Notes: generated from the sequence alone by a model not told the origin. DNA of 63,974 nucleotides, filler included, from Octopus bimaculoides (GCF_001194135.2; 10 parts of 10 records of this genome joined end to end with filler, not necessarily neighbours in it), one strand, 5' to 3'; shown: positions 38,631 to 52,110, numbered from the whole stretch's first letter. Program-made: numbers and translations.

Positions 38631-40670
38631 TCAGTGTCTGTTTTCTATGTTGGCGTTAGTTTGACAGGACCTGGCAAGCACCAAGCTTCACTGTCTACTT
38701 TGGTATGGTTTCTGCAGCTGGATGCTCTTCCCACTGCCAACAACTTTAGGCAGTGTATTGGGGGCTTTTTTAAATGGTACCAACACCAGTGAGGTCACCA
38801 AGTAAATTGAAAGACAAAAGACCCGGGGGGGGGGGAGTAGTGGTGAAGGAGATGGCTTTGTGCCAGATGCTGAGAAGTTAAAATATGACAGAAGAGAAGA
38901 GTAAAAGAGATTTATATTTGCTAATCTGTTGAGGTATAATATTTGAGTGATTAAGACAGTGTTTTTCCAAGTAGATTCCATGAAAAAATTCTGGCATTCT
39001 ATGAGATTAAGAATCTTTATCTTTCTGTCATTGAATTGCGGCCATGCTGGGACACTGTTTTGAAAGGTTTTAGTTGAATGAATTGACCCCAGTACTTTTT
39101 AATTTTTTAAGCCTGTTACTTATTCTATCAGTCTCTTTTGATGAACTTCTAAGTTACAGGGATGTAAGCAAACCAACACTGGTTGTCAAGTAGTGGTGGG
39201 GTACAAAAATAAAGGATAAACATATATATATCAGCGGTGGCAGCATTAACTCATATCTGAGTACTTAATCTGTAGTGAGTGATTGATCCTCTTCATCATG
39301 GTGAGTGCAGAGGTTACCAGTGTGTGAGATGGCAGTATAGAAGAACCAGGGGCATTTTTCACAGGGCAGGGTTGGCAGAGAACAAGGAAGTGCAAGTTGC
39401 TCTTTGCATCTTCGACATCCAATCTCTGCCTCTTGACAGCTGTTATTTTCCATCTGGTTCCCTCGACGATGACATGCCATATACATGCATGATAGGCTTC
39501 TTTTAGCTTCTGTCTACCAAATCCTCAAACAAGGCTTTGGTTAGTTTGAGGCTATAATAGATGACACCTGCCCTAGATGTCACAGTGGACCCAGAACCAT
39601 GTAGTTGGGAAGCAAACTTCTAACTATGATGTTGTGTATGCGCCTAATAAATAATATCTAAATAAAATTCATCAAAATTTATTTTATTAAAAAAAAAGGA
39701 TTCATCATTATGAAAATGATAATTTTTCATGTTTTTGTAAATAAATTCTCTTTCTCTAAAACAATTTTTGTTTTTACACATCTGTGACCTCTTTAGTGAC
39801 ACTTTCCATCTTCGTGTGTGCTCTCTTGCTCTGCTTAGTCCATTTTCTTCAATTTTTGTTCTATTTAATGTCTTCTTAAAATTAGGATAGCAGGGACTCT
39901 ATGAAATATAGGTGTTGGTTCTGCGATTTTTAGAAAATTACACAAAGGTTTTGTGACAGAATAAGTTTGGAAACCGCTAGTTCAAGATACTGCGTTAAAT
40001 TCTTCAGCAACTGTTTATTTTCCATAAAACAAGGATCAATATTCATCAATCAAAGGTGGCGAGCTGGTAGAGATATTACAGCACCAGGAAAAATGCTTGG
40101 CAGTATTTCTTCTCACTTCACATTCTGAGCTCAAATGCTACTGAGGTTGACTTTGCATTTCATCCTTTCGGGGGTCAATAAAATAAGTACCAGTTGGACA
40201 CTGGGGTTGATGTAATCGATTTACCCCTCTCCTGAACTTGCTGGCCTTGTGCCAAAATTTGAAACCAATATTCATCTGTCAACTTGGTTGGAAAATAAAT
40301 ATTCCGTCTACACCATAATAATTATAAGGAAAGGATTCCGCTAGTAAAAGAGAACTGCAGAGAGTAACAGCTTATTTAGATTCAAATTTACAGAAGTCAT
40401 CACCACGTTCTAACAAAACAGCCAAAAATGACATTTCATGCTAACGGAATATTTCTAACATTTTGAGTGCAGGTATAATCATAATTTTTTTTTTTTACTT
40501 CAGGTATGGTAAAAAAAAAATAGTGGTTTCATCAATATTAAAGTAACTGATACGTAATAACTGGGTACCCTCACTTTTTGTAAGTCTAGATTCGACTAGA
40601 AAAACTAAAATTCGAAATACATCCCAAAAGTATATAAAATTACTATAATGTATTCGAAATGAGAAATATA

Positions 40671-40708
<38 letters not shown>

Positions 40709-40899
40709 AACCAATCAACAAGATATTGGTTACAGACTGTTACAATCAAGTCATCAGATATACCAGCGGCCGTTGAATACTCGCACCACCAAAATTCGGG
40801 CAGGTGACTAGTGTAGAGAGTCTGTGACGTTTTACCAGCTTAACAGATACGATCGAGTAAAAAAAAAAAGTAAAGAAAGAAAGAAAAGAAAAAAGAAAG

Positions 40900-41160
40900 T
40901 GGATAGATTTTACAAAATTGCATCCACTGCATTTCCATCAGCAACCGTCGCAATGTTCCCTGTGTGAAATTAGGCAGGCAGGTTCCCCACACCTTTCACA
41001 TGAACAATTGTTGCGAATTAAATGACGCTTTGCGCGCCATTCGATACAACATCCAATTCCAGAGCACGTAATAAATCACTAACTGTCCAAACTTCTCGGT
41101 GTGTAGCAGCAATGTCCAGTATCTCACTCAATCGGGTCGCTAATAGTAATTTTTGCATGT
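40900..41160 (-). pseudogene. Merlin/ISXO2(IS1016)-like transposase N-terminal zinc-finger fossil
   Basis: Minus strand IEWRAKRHLIRNNCSCERCGEPACLISHREHCDGC*WKCSGCNFVKSIH matches the CxxC...DG..W.C..C...SIR pattern. One stop and an upstream frameshift. Confidence 0.7.
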
Positions 41161-42159
41161 AAAAGTCCAGTCGCGAAACATTATAAATTGCGTAATCAAA
41201 AGACCAATCTGAATTATGGACCGAAAAAGCAAGGATACCCTAATAAGCGAATCTTTGCTTTTATATTAATATTATTAATGACTGATCCAATAAAATGCGT
41301 AATCTAAAACGTAAATTCGCTCATGGTGATGTCAATAAGGGAACCTTTACGTGGTTGCTTGCTAGAAATAGCTACCAAATTTCCTTAAAATTATACTCTA
41401 CCACCTTAAAAATAATATTCAACACTATATGGAATATGCAATGATACCGGGGAAATAGAAAAAAAAACGATGAGTTTATTGTTGTATTACGTTTAACTAT
41501 AGGTCTGCTCAATGAGTAGTGACCTAGGGTTAAACATCAACAACAGTTTAGATGGATTTTTTTTTTTAAGTTGTTAGAAAATAAAAGAATACACAGAAAT
41601 AGACATTTTTAGCTTCTTTATCACGATATTCTTGTCAGCAATAAATGAACGTCTGGAATATATCCATATACAGGCTTATATAAATGCTAAATGAATGGAA
41701 ACACGTTTATGCACATGTGGGAACGCGTATATATGTAAACAGAAATATAGGACAACTCTGGTGAAAGGCATTCCAGCCGTAAACATCCAGTCCTTTTGTA
41801 TATCTAAAACTACATTATTGAATGTGCCCTTCTTTTCTAAAGACAATAGGGTGAGATTTGAAGGGAATTTAACTAATATTTTTAGCAGATCGAGTGAATG
41901 TGCAGAAGCTATCACGTTGGGCTCGCAAACTCGCATATGTATTTGGGAGTGTGTGTGTGTGTAAAACACTTGCCTCGCAATTTTATGAACCGACAATGGG
42001 AAATACGAATATAAAAGAATTATCAAATTATATAAGATAACGAAACTGGAAAACGCTGAAAATGTATTGGTAATTATCACTAAATTCCGCTTGTTGGCTT
42101 GAAAAGAAAATAAACCTCGTACTTGCAATAAGAGGAGAACGTACCACCGCGTAGATAAT

Positions 42160-42201
42160 GCGCCATGTGAAATTTAAAGGCTTCGAAGCTGACCCGGAAG
42201 T
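42160..42201 (+). promoter_or_regulatory. Putative housekeeping promoter core (ETS site CCGGAAGT at 42194-42201, YY1-like GCGCCAT) about 430 bp upstream of the LONRF-like ATG
   Basis: Motif match in CpG-enriched unique sequence; position only, no functional evidence. Confidence 0.4.
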
Positions 42202-42631
42202 AAAAACTTTGTGTTGTCAGTAAAATAGTTATATAATAAAGTGTCAATTAACTCCAACCATTACACAAGTCAGACTCAGTGCAGGTTTGTTGTATGCTGT
42301 GGCAGGTCTGACAACATTGTCGTCGGAGTAACTGCTACTCATCATACTGTAATCACTACATATGTACTTATTATTTAAAAAGAAAAAGCATAAAAAAAAG
42401 ACAAGTTCATAATACGATGGTTGTTTGTAACCTTAACGAATCTCCGAACTGTTTTTTCTGTTTAAATCATATACACTGTAATGACAAGAACCGGCAAACA
42501 GCATTTATTCAGCTTTTAACAAGCAGCTGCTGGGACGCAGAAATAACAGCAGAAAAAGTATCCGGTTGTGATGAGTAAATCTTATGTAAGTTAGCTAACA
42601 GTTACTGGATGGTGCTCTGGGAAAACAAACA

Positions 42632-42885
42632 ATGGTTGATTTAAGGCAAGATGATAATTATTTAGATTCTTCTGAAAGTTCACTGGTGTTTAGATTGTTG
42701 GGACAAGCCGATAATTTGGCTCAGAATGGTAAAATCACGTTAGCATTCAATACATACTCGAAGGCTTTGAAACTATGTAACTACCCGGCTCAGAAACTGC
42801 TTTGTCTTGCTGATGCTTTAATAAAATCTCACAATAACCGAGAAATTTATACCCGTATGTCTTCGGAAAAAATTCAACTCTTCAG
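42632..42885 (+). CDS. Probable first coding exon of a LON peptidase N-terminal domain and RING finger (LONRF)-like protein, TPR-like segment
   Basis: MVDL...LLGQADNLAQNGKITLAFNTYSKALKLCNYPAQKLLCLADALI resembles the LONRF N-terminal TPR region. Consensus donor CAG|GTAAGA, phase 2. The scaffold ends at 43864, so the RING exon cannot be seen. Confidence 0.62.
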
Positions 42886-43964
42886 GTAAGAAAATATTTC
42901 ATTTTCAATAATTTTATCTTCAGCGAAATATATATATATATATATATCTTCTAAGTATATTTAGTTCTTTCCGTTTTGATGACATTTTAATTCACTATGG
43001 CTTTTAAAAAATACCGAATTGCATTTAAAACGTTTGATATAATCTAAATATGAAACTGAACAATTATATTGTTAATCATTATTGATACAAATAGTTGAGG
43101 TATTGTATTTCGTGTTTAATTTGTACCGGTATTCAGTTTGTTTTAAATTTAATGTTTGTGTTATGTAATTGTTACATAAGACTTAAAATGCAAGAAACGG
43201 AAGCCATTTCTGGCCCTGATATATATAAAACTCGACAAAAATAGATATTAAAAATAAAATATTGAATTCCATCTGAAAAATATTAAACATATGAAGTCTA
43301 AATGCGATTTTGCCGTGCTAATAATGCGTTTAGGGCCACGTATCGCAAACTGTAGTCTTTGTTTACAAAGTTCTAAAATGTCAGATTATTCCTTACTCCT
43401 GTTTAATTCTGCATTGTTTATTACCTATTGGTAATTTTAATAACATTCCAATTTTTTTAACTTTAAATTAAATGATCATACTAGAATTATTCTGTTAAAA
43501 CTATTTTTAACTTTCATATAAATATATATTACGAAATAATCTTTTTTCATGTCTACCGATTGATTTTGTTTTCTTTTTGTGGAGTGGTGCGGCACCGGTC
43601 AGTTTTCAAACAACTGTATATAATTCCGCATGTTTTTGTGTCGGGGGCATCTTAGTGTCTACAGTTAAAGAAGTGGGGTTTTCTCTTTAGTAGTTCCAAG
43701 AAATTTTCAAACTGAGAGATTGCAGAGAGGACACCAAAGGGATTATCTCTTTATTTATATATATATATATATAAAGTATAATTATAAATATATAATTAAG
43801 GGCGCTGGAAGGACAGCGCCTGTACGCTTCAAACAGTCATTAAATAATGACTTTATCCTAATTANNNNNNNNNNNNNNNNNNNNNNNNNNNNNNNNNNNN
43901 NNNNNNNNTTAATTAATTAANNNNNNNNNNNNNNNNNNNNNNNNNNNNNNNNNNNNNNNNNNNN

Positions 43965-44012
<48 letters not shown>

Positions 44013-44949
44013 CTCTCTCTCTCTCTCATTAAGAAAAGAATTCTAAAAAACCTATAGACAAAATTAAAATTGGAAGCGTATTGTTATAAAAAAAACCCCG
44101 CACAATCTGTGTGTTGAAAACCATTATTTTGTAAATTCATTAAGAATGCCGCAAACAGATGGCTAGCTTTGATTGGTATTAGTTAGAACATGGTAATTAA
44201 AACAATCACCAGCTTCTGTGTGGCACAGCACAGCGCCTCCTTTCTCACCGATTTATTTCAGCGATGTATGTCGGATATTATCCTTTATGGTTGAGGAGTG
44301 TGGTAAGGAGACTTACTTCTTCCAGTGTTGTTCATTGCTTTTATATGTTTTATACGTTTGTGTGTATGTTTATGCTGGTGTTATATGTACATTGTGTTAC
44401 TCGATATCTATTGGTTAACGTGGTTAATGAAAGGTTAATTAAAAGTCAAAACGTATTCGGTCGATCTAAACTTTCTCTTCTATTTCCCTGTCTTTGTTTT
44501 CTGTATTTTATTTATAATTTTTTTTTTGTTTTTTTGTTTTCTTTTATTTTTCATCTCTTCGAAAGTGGAATATTCGAGAATCAAGTTATTAGTGGACACA
44601 ATGATACACAAAAGAAATAATTTAATAAATAATTATAAATTAACGCAAAAATAAAGTAAAAATAAAAATAAAAAATAAAAATTATATATGCCTTTTAAAA
44701 CTTCAAAACTGATATCTATCACAAGAGTAATCTCGGAAATTCATCTGCGACAGAGAGAGGAATAGGGAGAGTGAGAGAGAGGTAGGAGAGAGAGGAACAG
44801 GGAGAGAGAAGTAGGAGAGAGAAAATGCTAGCGAGAGAATGAAATGGAAAAGCGAAAACAAATTAGCTTAAGGTTTTAGACATCAATAGGTTCTTCATAA
44901 ATGTGAAACTTGAAAAACTATAAACTCCAGGTTCAATTCTTGTTAAGAG

Positions 44950-45810
44950 ATAACGCAATGCGGCAAACTGGCGGAGTCGAAACAAAGAGCGGGATGTGTT
45001 TCGACTCTCTGCACTTTGAGTTCGAATTCAGCCGATGTCGACTTTGCATTATATCATTTCAGGGTCGATCAAAAATATACCGAAACGAAACGGTAGGTTA
45101 GCGGATCGGTTTAAAGGATCAAGAATGGTGCTTTGACGTTGTGATACCCACGACACTGGAGTGGTGCCAAGCTGGATCAACCTTAAAGAGGTTCTGTTCC
45201 TTTCGATAGACATCGGCGGCATACAGAGTTGAGACCTGCATGCATGGTTAACTGCTAGTTTTTCTTTAGAAAAAAGGAGAAATGCTAGACCAGACCTGCG
45301 TGCACATGTGCAAATCAAAGGTCACCTTCAGTGGATGGAATCCCCTACAATTAATGCTTATATCTATACCTCATGTAATAAGCCTTTCAAATTTTGGCAC
45401 ATGACCAGCAATTTCGTGGGAGCAAGTAAGAGAATTACATGAACTGGTGCATATTTTATCGGCACCGAATGGATGAAAGGCAAAGTCGACCTCGATGTGA
45501 TTAGAACCCCGGACGTGAAATCGGAGGAAAAGCTGTGAAGCGTTTCTGTCGATGCGCTAATGATTCTGCCATCTCGCCGTATTAATATCTCACATAATAA
45601 TCCTTTCTACTAACACTACAAGGCCTGAAATTTGGTAGGAAAGGTTAAGTCGATTACATCAACCCCAGTACTCAACTGGTACTTATTTCATCGACCCTCA
45701 AAGAATTAAAGGTAAAATCAACATCGGCGGGATTTGAACTCAGAACGTAAAGTCGGACGAAATACCACTAAACACTTGCCCGGTGTGTTAATGATTCTGC
45801 CAGCTCGCCG
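44950..45810. mobile_element. Cluster of three SINE A copies (one plus, two minus)
   Basis: Cores at about 45035-45070 (+), 45465-45495 (-) and 45685-45730 (-). Confidence 0.75.
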
Positions 45811-45851
45811 CACTAATATCTTGCATATTAATATTAATGAAATCACACTCG

Positions 45852-45898
<47 letters not shown>

Positions 45899-48859
45899 GG
45901 TAGTTGTCTACTCCTTATTCAGATCTAACCGACTGACCCCTCCCAAAAAATTTCGGCCCTTCTGCCTAGAGTACAAAAGAATCTGTGTATGTGTGTGCGC
46001 GCGCACGTATTTGTGCGTATATGCGTGTGTATTTTGCCTATGTCTATGTGTTTGTAAGTGCCTGTGTTTGTGTATATGCGTATGTCTCTCTCTCACACTC
46101 CTCTCTCTCTATGTATGTATATATGTCCTTGTACGTGAGTACGGGAACGTTTGTGAGTAATTTTACGAATGCCTGTGTTTGTGTTTGTGTGTGTACGTTT
46201 GTATGTACTTATGCCTGTGCATGTTTCTGTGTATATCTACGTGTGTTTGTCGTATGTGTGTATTTATGTATATTTCTGCGTGTGTGAGTGTTTGTATGCG
46301 TGTAGAATTAATACCAATGCCAGATGAAAGATTGGTTAATAATCCAATCCTTTCACCTTCAATCGGTGTTTAATAGACGAGAAGAGATCGTTATCGAGAG
46401 GAAAGGTGTGCTAAACACTCTCACTTACCCTTCGCACATCTGTAATATGATAAAAATCAAACTTGTTTGAACCCACGATAACATCTTCCCCCAAAAAGGG
46501 ACATCACTCTATTAGAAACTCGTTCATATTAGCTTTTTATTTATTTGCTTATTTATTAAGGCAATGTTCAAATGATAAAGGCAGCCCCTTTGACCCCCTC
46601 TTTCAACCAGGACGTCTACAACAGGTAAAGGGAACGAGAGGAAGAATGAATAGGGAAAGTTGATGGTTTTACAGCTCGACAATTAGAAGCAGCAAAAATA
46701 GATAAATAAAAAAATAAATAAATAAATAAATAAATAAATACAATTTAGGATGTGTGGTCTCATCTCGTTTTAGGTGTTTCAGTCACTGCACTGTGGCCAT
46801 GCTGGGGCACCACTTTGAAACGTGTATGCGAACAAATTGAACCAGTACATTCTATTCTCTAACACTTCTGAAACATTTTACTGTTACCTTTCAAATACGA
46901 CATTTCCTGTATGACAACCCAACTATATATATGTATATANNNNNNNNNNNNNNNNNNNNNNNNNNNNNNNNNNNNNNNNNNNNTTAATTAATTAANNNNN
47001 NNNNNNNNNNNNNNNNNNNNNNNNNNNNNNNNNNNNNNNATACATACGCACACATATATATATGTGAGCGTGTGTATTTATATATGCATGAGACCTAGAG
47101 AAACAAATAACTATGAAGTGTTAGAAAAGGTCATGTACCTCCCTGGGTGCCTTATTATCGCATATTTCATATTTAAACCTCTATGACGGAGCATTTTGCC
47201 ATTCGATATTCTAAAAACCAGAAATACAATACATTAAATATTCATTCATTTGTATCAACTACCTTCACTATAGTCTCCACACCAACAATAACACTGCCAC
47301 CATATTGAAATTTGTTAATACGTATCTATTCAAATGAAATTAATAGTCTTAAGAGAAGTATTTACCATATAAAGGTTGCCCTTTATATAAGTCTGTCCCG
47401 AGAGTTCTTTATAAAGAGTCACCGTTCTCAGTAGGACAATAAAAATATAAGTACTTTTCTATAATTGATTTGAAATATTCTCCAAGAGTTTACTAAAAAC
47501 AAAATGCTTCTGGGCAAAAAAAATGTATATTTAATTAGGTTTGGGTTTTATCTACTTCCTACATTCTTTTGTTATTACAAACATACACACACGCACGCAT
47601 GCATACTCACCCAATCATACACACACGCATACACTCCTCCATACCTACATATATGTGTGTGTGTGTGTGTGCGTGTGTGTGCGTGTGTGTGTGTTACACG
47701 CACACGCACACGCACATATATGTATATATATTTATATCTATATATATATATATATATGTATATACACATACATTTATATATATNNNNNNNNNNNNNNNNN
47801 NNNNNNNNNNNNNNNNNNNNNNNNNNNNNNNNNNNNNNNNNNNNNNNNNNNNNNNNNNNNNNNNNNNNNNNNNNNNNNNNNNNNNNNNNNNNATATATAT
47901 TTAGATATATATATGTGTGCATATATATATATATTCTTAAGCTTCATGAGATGTAAGAGAAGTGAATGAAAGAAAGAAAGAAAAAGATTCGCTGATTGTA
48001 AATGAATAATTTCATTATCTGAAATGCTGATTAATTTAATAACATAACAGTAAAAAAAAAAACATGCATTCACACAAAAAGCAGAAAAAAGAAAGAAAGA
48101 AAAAAAGAAATCCCAAATCGATTCCTTCAACTCATTCATTACTAAAGACCAATATGTTTTTATTAAATTTTCGGCGCGGAATTATAGTTTTCTTTTATAT
48201 ATATATATATATATGTATTTAATTATTTAGTTTTTGTTTCACTAACTTGCATTTCATATACCTTTATGCTTTGTTATATATATTTTGTTGGCTATTCTAT
48301 TGCGCAATACTTTGGGCTGGAACACATGTTCTCTCTCCTTCCTGCCCTTGTCTTTCATTCTTTCACTCTCCCTATCTCTCTCTCTTTCCAGTGCAGTATA
48401 GATGTACTTAATTTAATTACTTTTCGTAAGGTCACATGTCTCGTTCATATTTAATCTATAAGAACATACTGTTCGAATCATAAAGTTATACATTGATTTG
48501 TTGATTTTTGTTTCTTCCCTGTTCAATAGATACATTATTTCGAATGAAGTTTTTGCTAAAGAATTCTTTGTAACGAGTGGCCAAATTGATCAAGCATTGT
48601 ATTTGAATCTGATGAGATGCGTGTTCAAATTTGCTATCGGTGGATTTCTTTGTGTTTGTTGTCGAAGCACGCAACCCTTGATCTGTTGACGTCGTAAATA
48701 CCTCGATGCGCCTTTGAGATCTTTTTGAATTATCTGATGTTTTCTGAAGATCATTTATATTGAAACAGCAGTGTTTAACTGTGAAAGCAGAACGTGAATA
48801 GAGAATTGCTATTACTGTTTGAATATCAAGCGTTTGAAGACATTTTGAATCTAGGTAAC

Positions 48860-49220
48860 GTTATGTTGTTAAGAAAGCTCACTTTTCAAACAAGTGGCTT
48901 CGGTTTCCGTTCCAGTGAGAGACACCTTGCTAATGGATTTGATTGAAGGAAACTGTAAAGAAGCCCTTCGTATCTATCTATCTATCTCTCTGTCTGTCTG
49001 TCTGTCTGTCTGTATGCGTCTTTGTGTTTATCCCACCCAAAGCTTAACAACCGGTTATGGTTTGATTACGTCCCCGTTGTCTAACAGTTCTGCAAAAAGA
49101 CAATAATAGAATACGTACTGCACTTTAAAACTAAACACGTAATGTTGTCGAGTTGTTCGACTAAAATCCTTCAAGGTGGTGCCCCAGAATGGCCGCGATC
49201 CTATGCCTGAAAGAAGTAGT
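48860..49220 (+). mobile_element. SINE family B copy
   Basis: Head, CORE-like segment and GGTGGTGCCCCAGAATGGCCGC tail. Confidence 0.75.
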
Positions 49221-49639
49221 AAAAGATTAAAAAAAGAATATTGAAATTGTAACAGTTGTGTATTAATATGAGAGCAAAATGTAAGTAGGAAATTCCTCGT
49301 ACTCTAAAAACAGGCCTTCAAACACTAAGGAAGAAAATGTTAAATGCAGATTACTCTTGAATTATTCTGTTGTCGGAGCAAGTTGAAAATGAATTTGTGT
49401 GGATTAGTTTCTTTGCCACTGACGTTACTTATCTATTTTTATTTCCTATTAACTGGGAAAGAACTTTTGAGTGTCGTTGTTAATTTGTAGATGAAGGTGT
49501 CTGAGACGAATGGCGAACTGACAGAAAGCATTGCAGGTTTTTATTTCCTGTCAATTTTAGCCAAAACTGAAGGACAGCTTTCGTGATCTTTTAGAAGGCT
49601 CCGAGACTACTGAGTAAGGTGATGCAAATATCGTTTTCT

Positions 49640-49845
49640 ATTGTAGGCACAAGGCCTGAAATTTTGAGGGAGGGATCCAGTTGATTAGATCGACCCCAGT
49701 ACGCAAATGGTACTTAATTTGTCGACCCCGAAAGGATAAAAGGCAATGTCGACCTCAGCGGAATTTGAACTCAGAAGGTGAAGACAGGCGAAATACCGCA
49801 AAGTATTTTACCCAGCATGCTAACGTTTCTGTCAGCTGACTACCT
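49640..49845 (-). mobile_element. SINE family A copy
   Basis: GTCGACCCCGAAAGGATAAAAGGCAATGTCGAC. Confidence 0.85.
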
Positions 49846-49994
49846 TAGGTGATGTAAATATCTAACGTGTAGAGGGCTTCTAACCACATCCAGCCGCGTA
49901 AATGGAGCCGAGTAAAATACAGGGTTCAACCCGTATGTAATGCATCGTTTAGTCTTAGTGCTTTTAACAGAGTGTCTTTTGCTAAAGAATACCA

Positions 49995-50190
49995 AGGAGC
50001 CAGGTGGCGGTGGTTAGGGTGTTGGACTTCTGACCGGAAGATTGTGATTTCGATTCCTGGACCGGGCGATGCGTCGTGTTCTTGAGCAAAACACTTCATT
50101 TTCACGTTGCTCCTGTTCACCCAGCGGGTAAAAATGAGTAGTCTTGCGACTGGTCGGCGTCCCGTCCAGGTGTGGAACATATACGGCTCT
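49995..50190 (+). mobile_element. tRNA-derived SINE, family C
   Basis: GGTGGCGGTGGTTAGGGTGTTGGACTT...GATTTCGATTCCTGG head, then GTGTTCTTGAGCAAAACACTTCA core. Confidence 0.7.
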
Positions 50191-51644
50191 TGTGAGACGA
50201 GAAGCTAACTAACTTTACCATCTATGTAGTCCACACCGCGATTTGAGCGCAGAATACTAAAAACTGGGAGAAATACTTCAGAAAGTTTGATGGACACACT
50301 AATTGCTCTGTCATTCTAATTCCTTACATGGATACTTAATTTTTATTGATCCTGGAAAGAAAGAAGTCAAAGTTGGCTTTGAATTCAAAACGTTAAGAAC
50401 CAGAGAAAATACTGTAGTCAGCACATTCATTGCTCTATTGGCTCCCTTACTTCACTACCCTGGATTAATACTTTATAAAATTGACCCCGGAGGAATAGTA
50501 GAGAAGTTTGAACTCAGAAAGACACGAACCAGAGAAAATAGGGTAGACATCTCGTCCGTTGCTCTCCTCGTCCCCAGGTCTACTCCTTTTCCAACTGAGC
50601 TTCGCCCCAGTCTACTGCCATGAATTAATTGTTTAATTTTGTTGATCCAAAGCTGGTCTCGGAAGGATTTGATCTCAGAATGCCAAGAGCCAGAAAAAAC
50701 ACTGCAGGCATCTTATCTGTTGTCCTGTTGGACTCACCATCCNNNNNNNNNNNNNNNNNNNNNNNNNNNNNNNNNNNNNNNNNNNNNNNNNNNNNNNNNN
50801 NNNNNNNNNNNNNNNNNNNNNNNNNNNNNNNNNNNNNNNNNNNNNNNNNNNNNNNNNNNNNNNNNNNNNNNNNNNNNNNNNNNNNNNNNNNNNNNNNNNN
50901 NNNNNNNNNNNNNNNNNNNNNNNNNNNNNNNNNNNNNNNNNNNNNNNNNNNNNNNNNNNNNNNNNNNNNNNNNNNNNNNNNNNNNNNNNNNNNNNNNNNN
51001 NNNNNNNNNNNNNNNNNNNNNNNNNNNNNNNNNNNNNNNNNNNNNNNNNNNNNNNNNNNNNNNNNNNNNNNNNNNNNNNNNNNNNNNNNNNNNNNNNNNN
51101 NNNNNNNNNNNNNNNNNNNNNNNNNNNNNNNNNNNNNNNNNNNNNNNNNNNNNNNNNNNNNNNNNNNNNNNNNNNNNNNNNNNNNNNNNNNNNNNNNNNN
51201 NNNNNNNNNNNNNNNNNNNNNNNNNNNNNNNNNNNNNNNNNNNNNNNNNNNNNNNNNNNNNNNNNNNNNNNNNNNNNNNNNNNNNNNNNNNNNNNNNNNN
51301 NNNNNNNNNNNNNNNNNNNNNNNNNNNNNNNNNNNNNNNNNNNNNNNNNNNNNNNNNNNNNNNNNNNNNNNNNNNNNNNNNNNNNNNNNNNNNNNNNNNN
51401 NNNNNNNNNNNNNNNNNNNNNNNNNNNNNNNNNNNNNNNNNNNNNNNNNNNNNNNNNNNNNNNNNNNNNNNNNNNNNNNNNNNNNNNNNNNNNNNNNNNN
51501 NNNNNNNNTTTTGTAATATTTTGCAATTGAATTTCGTTCAGGATCTTTTGGTTTTTCAAAACATTTATATGGCATTTGGACTTTATTCATTAAAACTTAT
51601 TAAATCTTCTTATAACTTTCATAGTCGAAATGTTTTGTTTGTGG

Positions 51645-51793
51645 GTGTGTGGTAAGAAGCTTGCTTCCTAATCACATAATTCCGTGTTCAATCCCACTGC
51701 GTCGCACCTCGAGCATGTGGCTGTTACTATAGCTTCGGGCCGACCAAAGCCTTGTGAGCTTATTTGGTAGACAGAAGCTGAAAGAAGCACAAC

Positions 51794-51800
<7 letters not shown>
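51645..51800 (+). mobile_element. SINE family B 5' half
   Basis: GTGTGGTAAGAAGCTTGCTTCC...CTATAGCTTCGGGCCGACCAAAGCCTTGTGAG. Confidence 0.8.
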
Positions 51801-51824
<24 letters not shown>

Positions 51825-51827
<3 letters not shown>

Positions 51828-52110
51828 GGTAGCAATAAAGTCACCATACAGTGAATTTATTCCTGTTTTCCAACAAAAGGATGATTTCCTTGTGCTTCAC
51901 TTTCAACAGGATGGGGCACCACCACATTTTGTTCTCAAAGTAAAAAATTATATTCATGCAACATTTCCAGGAATATGACTAGGACGACGTGGTAGCGTTG
52001 AGTTGCCTCCTCCCTCATCAGATTTCGATGGAGTTCGCTATATGGAGAATAATCAAGAAATTCATTCGAGGTACATTCGCAGACTTAAGCCGTCTCAAGA
52101 TATTTCGTCT
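51825..52110 (+). mobile_element. Internally deleted Tc1/mariner (rosa/DD41D-like) remnant
   Basis: TA|CAGGGT terminus; FQQDGAPPHF...ATFPG.*LGRRGSVE.PPPSSD. Confidence 0.75.

Noticed and set aside
40768-41345. Possible TIRs for the Merlin fossil (GGCCGTTGAATACTC... and ...AATAAGGGAACC)
   Set aside because: The two ends do not align convincingly and no TSD is present.
41676-42128. 150-aa minus-strand ORF and overlapping 89-aa plus-strand ORF beside the LONRF-like promoter
   Set aside because: No recognisable domain, it includes a CA repeat, and it has no splice support; probably chance ORFs.
48515-48689. Plus-strand acceptor with a phase-compatible frame as exon 2 of the LONRF-like gene
   Set aside because: It is separated from exon 1 by two artificial linkers, lacks a complete RING motif and ends in a stop.
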